A DNA stretch of 64,000 nucleotides from an uncultured bacterium. GTDB lineage: Bacteria > Bacillota_I > Bacilli_A > RF39 > UBA660. Below the pieces are notes generated by a model. That model made no database searches. It had not been told where the DNA came from and was given only the letters and a program-made list of their open reading frames with translations. Shown here in pieces: positions 40,457 to 50,055 of the stretch (the first letter of the stretch is position 1; every line of letters begins with the position of its first letter). The position numbers and the translations under genes are program-made. The stretch covers positions 62 through 64,061 of the forward strand of contig CAUERX010000004.1 of the NCBI GenBank assembly GCA_959020415.1, read 5' to 3'.

Positions 40457-41971
40457 TCAACTTCCTTGTATTCCAACGGCTTTATATATCGCCGATGTTA
40501 TCTTATGGTTAATAGTTTTTAGTTCTATATCCTGATCAATATTATAATATGTCTTGAAAACTTTGCTATGGTATTCACCCCAAGGTCCTCTTGTCCAAAT
40601 ATATGAAATAATTTGATCATAAACTTCGACTTGCTTTACATTTTCATTTTGTAGTTGTTTTTCTATATAATCTTCACGATCCTTATTCATCGAAAAAATC
40701 AGGCTAAACATAAATATAAAATAAATAAGTAAAATTACTAAAAATGCATATATTAATTTATTAAATTTTGGGTTAAAACTATCTTTTAAAATTCTAAGCG
40801 AAACAATTAAGAAAATTATTTCCGTAAATATTGCTACCCTTTCACCCCAAACTGGCACCACAAGCATTGAACCTAAAGCACACCCAGCTATTAATACAAG
40901 AAAAACCAAAAAATTTCTTTCTTTTTCATTTTTCACCAAGTAAATAATCGAATAAAAGAATAACCCAACAAAGAACACCCAGTAAAAAATAAAATACCAT
41001 CTATCAACATTGAATGCTCCCCAAAGTTCTACATATTTATTAAAATAACTATTAAAATCAAAAGGTATCATCATATAAATATTTTGAATTACTCCTAAAA
41101 TAGGAATTATCAAAAATAATATAATCTTATACAGTTTTACCTGCTTTAATTTTAAAACATACACTATCGCTAAACTCATCATTATTAAAACTATAATGTT
41201 TCTAGTAATTGCATAGCCTATAAGGTTAGGAATATTATGAAAAATTCTTCCTATTAAACTTAAACTATAAAACTCTGCCTCGGTTGTTGTCCTTGAAGCT
41301 GTTCCGGGTGACAACAACATTATTGCTAATGAAACAATAGAGAATATTATTAAAATCGAAAATTTTACTAGTTCTCGCTTATCGGCTTTTCTATTCATTA
41401 TTAACCATAAAATATTTCCAAAAACAAAAGCTAGTCCAATATTTTCAACAAACATCGGTGTAATTATATTAACTACTAACAAAATAAAATATTCTATCTT
41501 ACTAAACTTAAATTCTTTTTTTTGATATAAGTAGTAAAAATAAACTAAAACAATAACTGCTGGATATAAGTAAGTCACACTTCCAGCCACCCATGTATAT
41601 GTCTGCGAAAAACTAGACGTATTTAATAGTAAAAGCAATATTAATGGAATAAAATATACGACTTTATTTTTTACATTTCCAAGAATTTTGTTGGCAATAT
41701 AAACTACTAAAGTAAGTAAACCAGATGTCGCGATTACAAAAAGAATATGGTGATAAGTCAATATGTAAATAAAAATTCGACTTATAAACCTTCCTTCCCA
41801 AGAAAAATACATCCCTTTAGCTGCCGATAAAACCATATGAAGTCCTTGTTGTCCAACAGGATAATTTCCCCAATCATCACCACTTATTGGCGCCAACGAT
41901 AAAATAATTACAAAAAATGCAAAAGTTAATATATATATATATATATAATTATTTCTAATTTTTTCTTTCAT
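40457..41971 (-). CDS. GT-C-like polytopic membrane protein (SGDDW-loop type, DUF6056-like)
   Basis: 504 aa, about 13 TM. First loop APISGDDWGNY...WEGRFISR. Contains a (TA)9 tract in codons 9-15. Confidence 0.5.
   Translation of the reverse strand: MKEKIRNNYIYIYILTFAFFVIILSLAPISGDDWGNYPVGQQGLHMVLSAAKGMYFSWEGRFISRIFIYILTYHHILFVIATSGLLTLVVYIANKILGNVKNKVVYFIPLILLLLLNTSSFSQTYTWVAGSVTYLYPAVIVLVYFYYLYQKKEFKFSKIEYFILLVVNIITPMFVENIGLAFVFGNILWLIMNRKADKRELVKFSILIIFSIVSLAIMLLSPGTASRTTTEAEFYSLSLIGRIFHNIPNLIGYAITRNIIVLIMMSLAIVYVLKLKQVKLYKIILFLIIPILGVIQNIYMMIPFDFNSYFNKYVELWGAFNVDRWYFIFYWVFFVGLFFYSIIYLVKNEKERNFLVFLVLIAGCALGSMLVVPVWGERVAIFTEIIFLIVSLRILKDSFNPKFNKLIYAFLVILLIYFIFMFSLIFSMNKDREDYIEKQLQNENVKQVEVYDQIISYIWTRGPWGEYHSKVFKTYYNIDQDIELKTINHKITSAIYKAVGIQGS
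41928..41946. repeat. (AT/TA)9 dinucleotide microsatellite inside a coding region
   Basis: atatatatatatatatata at 41928-41946, encoding YIYIYI near the N-terminus of ORF 40457..41971. Confidence 0.95.
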
Positions 41972-41991
41972 GTTTTTCCCTCTCTACTATA

Positions 41992-42471
41992 CTAATTATT
42001 ATCGATATAATCTTTAAGATTTTTTATTAGCATCTCATTATTCTTTTGCCATTTTTTTGGTTCAAATCTTTCTGCTTGTTTTAAAACTTCACCAAGATCA
42101 TCATTTTCCATCAATCTCAATATATAACCATTTTTATAAAAATTATTAACTATCTGTAACTGGTGATCATTAGTGTGCTCTTTAAATTTTGCGAGTCTTG
42201 GAACTGCAATTATTTTTTTGTCTTTTCTTAATCCCGACAAAATATTTCCTACACCCCCATGTGTAATAATTAAATCACACTCATCTATAATCTCATTGAA
42301 TCTATCAGTATTAATATAATCAAAAACAGTCATATTTTTAGTTTTGTAATCAGTACAACCTGCTTGTACCACTACTTTATCTTTAATATTACCTAATTGA
42401 ATCTGTTCGTCAATTTTTTTTAACAATCGTCCAAAACTTTTATCCTGTGTACCTAACGTAACAAATATCAT
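41992..42471 (-). CDS. Alg13-like glycosyltransferase subunit (PssE/Cps14G type, Glyco_tran_28_C)
   Basis: 159 aa. MIFVTLGTQ N-terminus and ITHGGVG motif. Directly follows the Alg14-like partner. Confidence 0.75.
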   Translation of the reverse strand: MIFVTLGTQDKSFGRLLKKIDEQIQLGNIKDKVVVQAGCTDYKTKNMTVFDYINTDRFNEIIDECDLIITHGGVGNILSGLRKDKKIIAVPRLAKFKEHTNDHQLQIVNNFYKNGYILRLMENDDLGEVLKQAERFEPKKWQKNNEMLIKNLKDYIDNN

Positions 42472-42480
42472 ATTAACCTC

Positions 42481-42966
42481 CTAAAAAACACTACCCCAAT
42501 ATTTAGCTTTAGGATACAACTTAAGCATGTCTTCCCATTGAACCAAAAATAAATCGGCAAATTTATATACTAATTTTCCAGTAATTGTTTTCGATGACAT
42601 ATTAGCAAAAGTTTCAATAAAAATAATCTTAGAACCAAAAATTTTACCAATACAACACATAGGGCCAGCAATATGAGCCCCTGTAGTAACAATATATCTC
42701 GGTCTTATTTTTAAATATAAAAACAATTCAATAAAACAATTAAACAGAAGTTTAAATAAATATGTAAATTTATGATCCTTCGTTCCATAAATTACATAGT
42801 TAATTTTTTTATCATATTTCTTTTTTAAAGCAATGTTTACAGGAGTTTTCTCCGTAATAATATGATAATCATAATATTTAAACAAAGGTTGTAATTGTAA
42901 AAGTTCTGTTAAATGTCCTCCTGTACTTGAAATAAATAAAACTTTCTTTTTATTTGGATTTTTCAT
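42481..42966 (-). CDS. Alg14-like membrane-associated glycosyltransferase subunit (PssD/Cps14F type)
   Basis: 161 aa. VLFISSTGGHLTELLQL motif. 10-nt gap to the Alg13-like gene. Confidence 0.75.
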   Translation of the reverse strand: MKNPNKKKVLFISSTGGHLTELLQLQPLFKYYDYHIITEKTPVNIALKKKYDKKINYVIYGTKDHKFTYLFKLLFNCFIELFLYLKIRPRYIVTTGAHIAGPMCCIGKIFGSKIIFIETFANMSSKTITGKLVYKFADLFLVQWEDMLKLYPKAKYWGSVF

Positions 42967-43066
42967 TAGACAACTCCTTATTATACATTACAATTATAAC
43001 GTATTTTTAATATAAAGTATAGCCAAAAAACAAATTATATTTATATATTATATAATAAAACACTTT

Positions 43067-44062
43067 TTATTTAGCTATAGTCTTATAAAGTTTAATATAA
43101 TAATAAAACAATAAACCATGATTGTTTTTTAATAACTTAATAAATATTTTCCATTTTATCGAAAATGTAGACTTTAAAAATTCACTATAATAAGCATAAT
43201 TACTTCTAGAGATTGCGGAAATAAATTCACAAAATTTCTTTTTAGAAACTAAACTTTGATAATTTAAAAAATAACTTAATTGTAAATTTAAAAATTTTTG
43301 ATCTAAAATTGTGTAATATTCAGTTTTCATGCTTTTAGCTAAAATACTACGCATATATTTTCTTATCAAACTAATTGATGAAAGATTTTTAACAGATTTT
43401 TCTAAATCATTAGTTGCGCTATTTTCATTTTTTACATAATTATAAAAAGGTAGTGAAATGATTTTACCGGTATTTATTTTTAAAAAATATTCCAGTAAAA
43501 AGATTACATCTTCCTGATAAAATACGTCTTCCTTAAAATTAAGGTGATTATTTTTAATAATATCCACCTTTAACAAATAGTTCCATAAATGTCCTTCGGT
43601 TTGATTAGATAGCAAATATTTAAGAATTTCCTTATTATCTTCATAAACCAAATCCACTCCAGCCAATACATCATCACAATTTTCTTTTCTAATTACTATA
43701 CCATCAACTATCACATTATGGCCAAATCTAAGAAAATCATAATCTTTAATTTCCCTAATCGCCACTTCAAATGTTGCGGGTTCAATCCAATCATCAGCAT
43801 CGAGGAAATATATATAAGTGCCTGTAGCCCTTTCAACACCTATATTTCTAGCTTTAGAAACTCCTTCGTTTTCTTTTTCTACAATAACCACATTAGGAAC
43901 ATTTTGGTACTTTGAAAGTACTGTCATAGTGTCATCCTGTGAACCATCATTAATTACAATGACTTCAATATTTTTATATGTTTGATTTAAAACCGAATTA
44001 ATACAACGTTCAATATATTCTTCTCCATTATATACCGGAACTATAACTGAAATTTTTTTCAT
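43067..44062 (-). CDS. GT2 glycosyltransferase
   Basis: ISVIVPVYNGEEYI, INDGSQDDT, LDADD. Confidence 0.8.
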   Translation of the reverse strand: MKKISVIVPVYNGEEYIERCINSVLNQTYKNIEVIVINDGSQDDTMTVLSKYQNVPNVVIVEKENEGVSKARNIGVERATGTYIYFLDADDWIEPATFEVAIREIKDYDFLRFGHNVIVDGIVIRKENCDDVLAGVDLVYEDNKEILKYLLSNQTEGHLWNYLLKVDIIKNNHLNFKEDVFYQEDVIFLLEYFLKINTGKIISLPFYNYVKNENSATNDLEKSVKNLSSISLIRKYMRSILAKSMKTEYYTILDQKFLNLQLSYFLNYQSLVSKKKFCEFISAISRSNYAYYSEFLKSTFSIKWKIFIKLLKNNHGLLFYYYIKLYKTIAK

Positions 44063-44075
44063 AAAACCACCTCTT

Positions 44076-45608
44076 TTAATTTTTCTTTAATTTCATTTTC
44101 TTTATTAAACTGCCAAAAAGTGTTTTAAAATAATTAAACTCCGGTTTTCTTTTAAACATAATATAAAAGATTAAATTTACAACAACTAATGCAATTACAC
44201 CATTAATAACAAACTGCAATAAAGAATTATTAACTGAAATAACAGAAATTAATAAATAAGTTACTCCAAGCATTAGTAACATTAAAATTAACAACTTAAA
44301 TTGTTCAAATAAGAAAGAACAATACTTACGCTTAAAAATTACAGTATATACATATTTCGGATAACTATACAAAAATAATAATAACGAACTAACAATCCCA
44401 GCTATAAATACTCCTGCAATGCCAAAATATTTAACAAATATAATTGAACAAACTAAATTAATTACTGCCTCTAACACTGGTATTCTTCGATCCTCATAGA
44501 AAATCCCTGCTGCTTCCTTAAATAAATTAATAGTTTTTCGCATACCTTGAAGATAAAAATATATTGCAAACCAAGTAATAGCATACATCGGCAATAAATA
44601 TTGACTCCCAATCCACCAACTAATAAATGGTTGTAACACCGCGAATAAAGCTACCGAACAAAGAGTATATATCCAAAAATTAAACAAAGTTAATTTTTTA
44701 TATACCTCATAGCACTTTTCTGTATTATCAGTAACCAATAAATTACCAACACTTGAAACAATAGAGAAAAATATTTGTGATATTAATATAGATACAGAGT
44801 TAAAAATCAAATAATAATTGTTATAAATTCCCGCCTGTTTTAAACCTAAAACCATAGAAATTACTATGTATGCCGTTCCACCAACCACAAAAGCTCCAAT
44901 TTTATGAAAAAATAAACCACGAACCTTTGTAAAAATATCGCTTTGAAGTTCTTTAGTAATTTTAGTGTAATTCTTATTATTTATATAAGGATATTTTTTA
45001 TTAGCGATTAAAGAAATGACTATATTTTCAATAACCCTAAAAGCAATTCTAGATACCAAATATAATATATAATTTTGGAAAATGAAAAGTAATGCAATTT
45101 CCACAACATTCATAAGAATTAAATATCCCAAATGGACTATATTAATAAGATAATTTTCTTGATTAGCAATCAAAATTGATCTTTTATAAGAAATTAAATA
45201 TGAAAAAACAATATCTACTAAAGCTAAAAAATATAATAATATAATACTCTCAGGAATTGTCGTTTCTCCTACAAAAATCGGTACTAAAGGAATAATTATT
45301 ATTCCAAGCAAAAAGATAACTGCTGCCAAAATTCGATAACATTTTTGATAAAAATACATAAGCGTCGTAATTTTTTCTTTATCATTATCAGCAATAGGTT
45401 TATAAAGATTATATATTATTGCACTACCAATACCCATCTCTACAATTGAAAGCATTGACATTATATTAGTAAAAAGACCGTTAGCGCCAGAATATTCCAA
45501 ACCTAAACAATCTAAAAAAACTTTTTGGGTAATAAAGCCTAAAATCATACCAATACCGCTAGCCAAAGTAGCAGCTATTGCATTATATATAGATTTCTTT
45601 GTTCTCAT
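44076..45608 (-). CDS. wzx: Wzx-type oligosaccharide flippase (MOP superfamily)
   Basis: About 510 aa, 14 TM. First gene behind its own promoter. GAGGTG RBS before the ATG at 45608. Confidence 0.7.
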   Translation of the reverse strand: MRTKKSIYNAIAATLASGIGMILGFITQKVFLDCLGLEYSGANGLFTNIMSMLSIVEMGIGSAIIYNLYKPIADNDKEKITTLMYFYQKCYRILAAVIFLLGIIIIPLVPIFVGETTIPESIILLYFLALVDIVFSYLISYKRSILIANQENYLINIVHLGYLILMNVVEIALLFIFQNYILYLVSRIAFRVIENIVISLIANKKYPYINNKNYTKITKELQSDIFTKVRGLFFHKIGAFVVGGTAYIVISMVLGLKQAGIYNNYYLIFNSVSILISQIFFSIVSSVGNLLVTDNTEKCYEVYKKLTLFNFWIYTLCSVALFAVLQPFISWWIGSQYLLPMYAITWFAIYFYLQGMRKTINLFKEAAGIFYEDRRIPVLEAVINLVCSIIFVKYFGIAGVFIAGIVSSLLLFLYSYPKYVYTVIFKRKYCSFLFEQFKLLILMLLMLGVTYLLISVISVNNSLLQFVINGVIALVVVNLIFYIMFKRKPEFNYFKTLFGSLIKKMKLKKN

Positions 45609-45650
45609 TAAAATAGTCACCTCAAGTTTCTACTTTTAACCAATAAAAAC

Positions 45651-45659
45651 ATTATATCA
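45651..45659 (-). promoter_or_regulatory. Extended -10 promoter of the glycan operon
   Basis: Minus strand TGaTATAAT about 40 nt upstream of the wzx start and downstream of the spoIVB terminator. Confidence 0.45.
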
Positions 45660-45702
45660 GAAAAAGAAATTTATGTCACTAACTATATATTAACCGATAA
45701 AC

Positions 45703-45731
45703 AAAAAGAAAAACTAGTTTCCTAGTTTTTC
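45703..45731 (-). terminator. Terminator after spoIVB
   Basis: Minus strand GAAAAACTAG-gaaa-CTAGTTTTTC followed by TTTTT. Overlaps the stop codon. Confidence 0.7.
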
Positions 45732-46717
45732 TCTGCTTCTTCTAACATGTTAGTAATAAAAATACCATAGCCTTTATGCGGATTATCAACAACGACATGA
45801 GTAACCGCACCTATTACATATTCTCCCTGAATAATTGGTGAACCACTCATACCTTGAATAATACCATTCGTTTTATCAAGTAACTCTTTATCTGTTATTT
45901 CAAATACGAAATTTTTATTTTTTTGTTTTCCTTCATTGATCTTTGTTATATTAATTTCATATTCCTTAATTTCCGAGCCATTTAAAACAGTTAATATCTT
46001 TGCTTTACCAGTTTTAATTTGTGATGGTTTAGCTACCTTATAAGTATCTTTATTAGGTAATTCACTAGTATAAGTACCAAAAATACCTTGAGTTGTATTT
46101 GTAGCTACATCACCAACTGTTTTATTCGCATCATATTTAGCTTTCTTCTCTCCAGGAGTACCATCAGAGCTTGGAACAACATCAGTTACTGTTGAATCAA
46201 AAATCTTACCATCTTTGATTTCTAAAAGTTTACCTGTAGTTTGCTCTTGAATTTCATGCCCTAAAGCACCAAAAAGTTTTGTTTCTGGATCGATAAAGGT
46301 TAAAGTTCCTATCCCAGTAACACTGTCTTTTACATAAAGACCAGTTTTATAAACATTATTTTCATCTTTATATAATTTCAAAGTAGTAGTTTCTTTTTTA
46401 CCGTCACGTAAATAGCCTACAGAAACACTATTCTTACTGGAATCATTAATCTTTTGAGCCATTTCTTCAATATTATTAACTTTTTCCTTGTTAACAGTCG
46501 TTATCATATCTCCAGATTTTAATCCAGCATCAGATGCAGGAGAACTATTATTAACGTCATAAACACCAACAATTAAAATCCCGGTAGAATTAAGTGTTAT
46601 TCCAATGTTTTCGCCACCAACGATTATTTGTTCTGAATAAGCCAAAGCATTTATTGGTATAATAAAAAATGAAAGAAGAAGTGTGATGCATGTTTTTTTT
46701 AAATTTTCAAAAAACAC
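45722..46717 (-). CDS. spoIVB: SpoIVB peptidase (S55) with PDZ domain
   Basis: GTLTFIDPETKLFGALGHEI (catalytic His region) and GMSGSPIIQGEYVIGAVTHVVVDNPHKGYGIFI (catalytic Ser). PDZ block GLKSGDMITTVN. Confidence 0.85.
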   Translation of the reverse strand: MFFENLKKTCITLLLSFFIIPINALAYSEQIIVGGENIGITLNSTGILIVGVYDVNNSSPASDAGLKSGDMITTVNKEKVNNIEEMAQKINDSSKNSVSVGYLRDGKKETTTLKLYKDENNVYKTGLYVKDSVTGIGTLTFIDPETKLFGALGHEIQEQTTGKLLEIKDGKIFDSTVTDVVPSSDGTPGEKKAKYDANKTVGDVATNTTQGIFGTYTSELPNKDTYKVAKPSQIKTGKAKILTVLNGSEIKEYEINITKINEGKQKNKNFVFEITDKELLDKTNGIIQGMSGSPIIQGEYVIGAVTHVVVDNPHKGYGIFITNMLEEAEKN

Positions 46718-46809
46718 TAAATCATCTCCTATATAAAATGCAGACTACATTATTATTATAGATAATTTTTTTAAAATTAAAGATAGAATAATATACCAAA
46801 AAAGCAAGT

Positions 46810-47814
46810 TTAACTTGCTCCCCTATTTTTAATTATAAAATTGTAACTATCTCGGCACATATCTTCAATAGTTTTTGAAGCATACCAATTAAGTTCACTA
46901 TTAGCTTTACTAACGTTCGCATAACTTGCTGCAATATCTCCTGGACGACGCTTATCAATCACATAAGGAATATCTACACCGTTAACTTTTGAAACAGTCT
47001 TAATTAATTCAAGAACACTATATCCATTTCCTGTTCCTAAATTAAATACATTAAGTCCATAATGATTATTTAAATATTCAAGAGCTTTAGTATGACCATT
47101 TGCCAAATCAACCACATGAATGTAATCACGAACTCCAGTTCCATCTTTGGTATCATAATCATTGCCAAACACATGGACCTTTTCAAGTTCACCAACTGCC
47201 ACTTTCATAATATATGGCATTATATTATTAGGAATTCCATTAGGATCCTCGCCAATAAATCCGCTTTCATGCGCTCCAATGGGATTAAAATACCTGAGTA
47301 ATACAACATTCCATTTATCCGATGAAGTGCACATATCCTTTAATATTTGTTCATTCATTAATTTAGTATAGCCATAAGGATTAGTTGCCGATAAAGGAAA
47401 CTCTTCTGTTATAGGCAGTTTCTTTGGTGCACCATAAACTGTAGCTGATGATGAAAAAACAAAATTATATACTCCAAAATTTTCCATTATTTTTAATAAA
47501 ATCAAAGTTGAATCAATATTATTACAATAATATTTTAAAGGTTCTGCTGCCGATTCACCAACTGCCTTATATCCTGCAAAGTGAATAACCGCGTCAATTT
47601 TTTCTTTTTCAAAGACTGAATTTAAAAATTCATAATCACAAACATCACCTTCATAAAAAACATAATTTTTATTAGCAATTTTTGTAATATTTTTTAACAC
47701 TTCCGGCTTAGAATTAGAAAAATTATCGACAATAACAACCTCGTAATTATTATTTAATAGCTCAACCACTGTGTGACTTCCAATAAATCCCGCGCCGCCA
47801 GTTACCAATATTTT
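46810..47814 (-). CDS. galE: UDP-glucose 4-epimerase
   Basis: MKILVTGGAGFIGSH Rossmann start, SSSATVYG, YGYTK (YxxxK), RYFNPIGAH. Confidence 0.85.
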   Translation of the reverse strand, partial: KILVTGGAGFIGSHTVVELLNNNYEVVIVDNFSNSKPEVLKNITKIANKNYVFYEGDVCDYEFLNSVFEKEKIDAVIHFAGYKAVGESAAEPLKYYCNNIDSTLILLKIMENFGVYNFVFSSSATVYGAPKKLPITEEFPLSATNPYGYTKLMNEQILKDMCTSSDKWNVVLLRYFNPIGAHESGFIGEDPNGIPNNIMPYIMKVAVGELEKVHVFGNDYDTKDGTGVRDYIHVVDLANGHTKALEYLNNHYGLNVFNLGTGNGYSVLELIKTVSKVNGVDIPYVIDKRRPGDIAASYANVSKANSELNWYASKTIEDMCRDSYNFIIKNRGAS

Positions 47815-47967
47815 CATATAACCATCTCCTATTATCACCATTATAGCAAATAACAAAAAATATACAATAATTAGAATATGTCAAATATAGTAAACCATGA
47901 AAATTTAAACACTGAAATAATAGGACAAGAACAAGAAATAAGGTATAATTATTATAGGTGAAGTATT

Positions 47968-50028
47968 ATGAATAATGAAAAAAATAATGGCTACACAAGC
48001 CGAACTGAAAGAAGAAAAATTGAAGAAGAATTAGAAAAACGCAACGCTGCTAAAGAAAAAGAACTAGAGGCAAAAAGGCAAGAGCTAAAATCAATCATTT
48101 TTGATGATAGTCCATCTAAAAAACAAAAAAAAGAAAATGTTTACAAACGAGAACTTCCTAAAAATAATCAAACTAATTTTGATGAAGAAACACCAAAGAA
48201 AAAACCAACTATTGTAAACATTATTTTATCTCTTACTATGGTAATCACCTTAGCCTTTTCTAGTTACTTAATATATGATTCTTTTAATCAAGTTGATCAA
48301 GTATACCAAATTATTAATGCAATCTTTATTTTCATAACAATTTTGGTTTTTCTAATTGCTTTCAAAAGAACATATCACTATAAAAAAACTAAAGCAATTA
48401 TCTTAACTGCTATATGTCTTATTGCTTTAATGGGACTTAATGGATTAGTGCTAGCTAATATTATCTCACTTCCAAAACAAAGTTCAATTCCCGATTTCAG
48501 TAATAAAACACTAACTGAAGCAATTGAGTGGGCTGAAACTAACAACATTAAATATGAACAAAATTTTGAATATAGTGATAATATCTCAAAATATAATATT
48601 ATAAACCAAGATGTAAAACCCAAAACCTTAACTAAAAATATTGATAAAATAAATTTTGAAGTTTCAAATGGACCAGATTACAATAAAGAAGTTCTAATTA
48701 GTAATATGGAAGGTTGGAACATCGATGAAGCAGTTAAAGTTATTGATGAAAACTTTCTAAACAATGTTACTGTTAATTTTGAAGAAAATAAAGAAATAGC
48801 GCGAGATACTATTATGGAACAAAGTAAAAGCGGAAATATGAAAAGAAATGATGCAATAACATTCAAAGTATCACTTGGCGATAAAGAAGCTTTAAAACCA
48901 ATAACTCTAAAAGAATTAAAAAACATGACATTATTTAAAGCAACATTATATTTAAATAGAAATGCCATTGACTATGAATTAAAATATGAATTTTCTGATA
49001 AAATTGCTAAAGGAAAAGTTATAAGTAGTTCTATTAAAAAAGGAACTAAAGTATCACCCGGTGATAAAATAACTTTAACAATTTCTAAAGGTAAAAAAAT
49101 AATAGTTCCCGAATTAAAAAATATGAAAATGAGCAAGGTTACTAAATGGATGATTGAAAACAACTTAAAAATAAACTACTCAGATAAATATGATAATGAA
49201 ATAAAAAGCGGCCATGTAATTGAAGCAACCTACAAAAAAGGCGATATTATCGAAGAAGAAACGACTGTCGGTATCGTTGTATCAAAAGGAAAATTAAAAA
49301 TGCCGAAATTCAACAATATAACCGATTTTAAAGCATGGGCCGATAAATACAAAATTAAATATGAAATAAAAGAGGAATTTAACAATGATATCAAAAAAGG
49401 TGATATTATTAAATTCTCAGTAGAAACAAATAAAACAATAAATCCTGATGAAGGTGTTATTGTTTATGTATCAAAAGGCAAAGCCATAGAAGTTCCTAAT
49501 TTTATTGGTAAAACTAAATCTGAAATTCAAAAAACATGTAACCAATTAGGAATTAATTGTACATTTGTAAATGAATACTCAAATACTGTTAAAGAAGGAA
49601 ATGCTATTAGTCAAAGTATTAAATCAGGCGAAAAAATTTCTAAAGGTGATAGTATCCAAATAAGCATAGCGACTAAAAACAAAAATAACGTAAGTAAACC
49701 ATCAACCAATAATTCAAATAATAAACCAAGTGGCGGTAGTTCAAATGGATCATCAAACAATAGTTCTGGTAATAATAGCACGCCAAAATGCAAGCAAAGT
49801 TCATATACTATCGGACGTGATTTAAATAATATTTTTAATGCTGGCGGAAACTTTTCTTCTACTAAAAGTGCTTTAGAAAGCTATTTTGCAAACAAGTTAC
49901 CAGGTGTTACTTTAATTGTGAAAGAAGATTCATCTAGTAATGCTAGCTCAGGATCATATATTAGCGGTGTTAGGCCTGGATCAACAATATCATGTCCAAG
50001 CACTGTAACAATAGTTTTAGCAAAATAA
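47968..50028 (+). CDS. Membrane protein with six to seven PASTA domains and no kinase or transpeptidase domain
   Basis: Lys/Glu-rich 85-aa cytoplasmic head, three TM, then repeated ~65-aa units ending (V/I)S(K/N/L)G (for example VPELKNMKMSKVTKWMIENNL...VGIVVSKG), a Ser/Asn-rich linker and a Cys-containing terminal unit. Confidence 0.7.
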   Translation: MNNEKNNGYTSRTERRKIEEELEKRNAAKEKELEAKRQELKSIIFDDSPSKKQKKENVYKRELPKNNQTNFDEETPKKKPTIVNIILSLTMVITLAFSSYLIYDSFNQVDQVYQIINAIFIFITILVFLIAFKRTYHYKKTKAIILTAICLIALMGLNGLVLANIISLPKQSSIPDFSNKTLTEAIEWAETNNIKYEQNFEYSDNISKYNIINQDVKPKTLTKNIDKINFEVSNGPDYNKEVLISNMEGWNIDEAVKVIDENFLNNVTVNFEENKEIARDTIMEQSKSGNMKRNDAITFKVSLGDKEALKPITLKELKNMTLFKATLYLNRNAIDYELKYEFSDKIAKGKVISSSIKKGTKVSPGDKITLTISKGKKIIVPELKNMKMSKVTKWMIENNLKINYSDKYDNEIKSGHVIEATYKKGDIIEEETTVGIVVSKGKLKMPKFNNITDFKAWADKYKIKYEIKEEFNNDIKKGDIIKFSVETNKTINPDEGVIVYVSKGKAIEVPNFIGKTKSEIQKTCNQLGINCTFVNEYSNTVKEGNAISQSIKSGEKISKGDSIQISIATKNKNNVSKPSTNNSNNKPSGGSSNGSSNNSSGNNSTPKCKQSSYTIGRDLNNIFNAGGNFSSTKSALESYFANKLPGVTLIVKEDSSSNASSGSYISGVRPGSTISCPSTVTIVLAK

Positions 50029-50055
50029 ATCTTTAAATATAACATTTGATACAAA

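Noticed and set aside
48378-49793. Four minus-strand ORFs (48378..48623, 48678..48968, 48972..49163, 49611..49793) opposite the PASTA gene
   Set aside because: The sense strand encodes a continuous 686-aa protein with regular domain repeats. The antisense ORFs are fragmented, lack RBSs and have no motifs.
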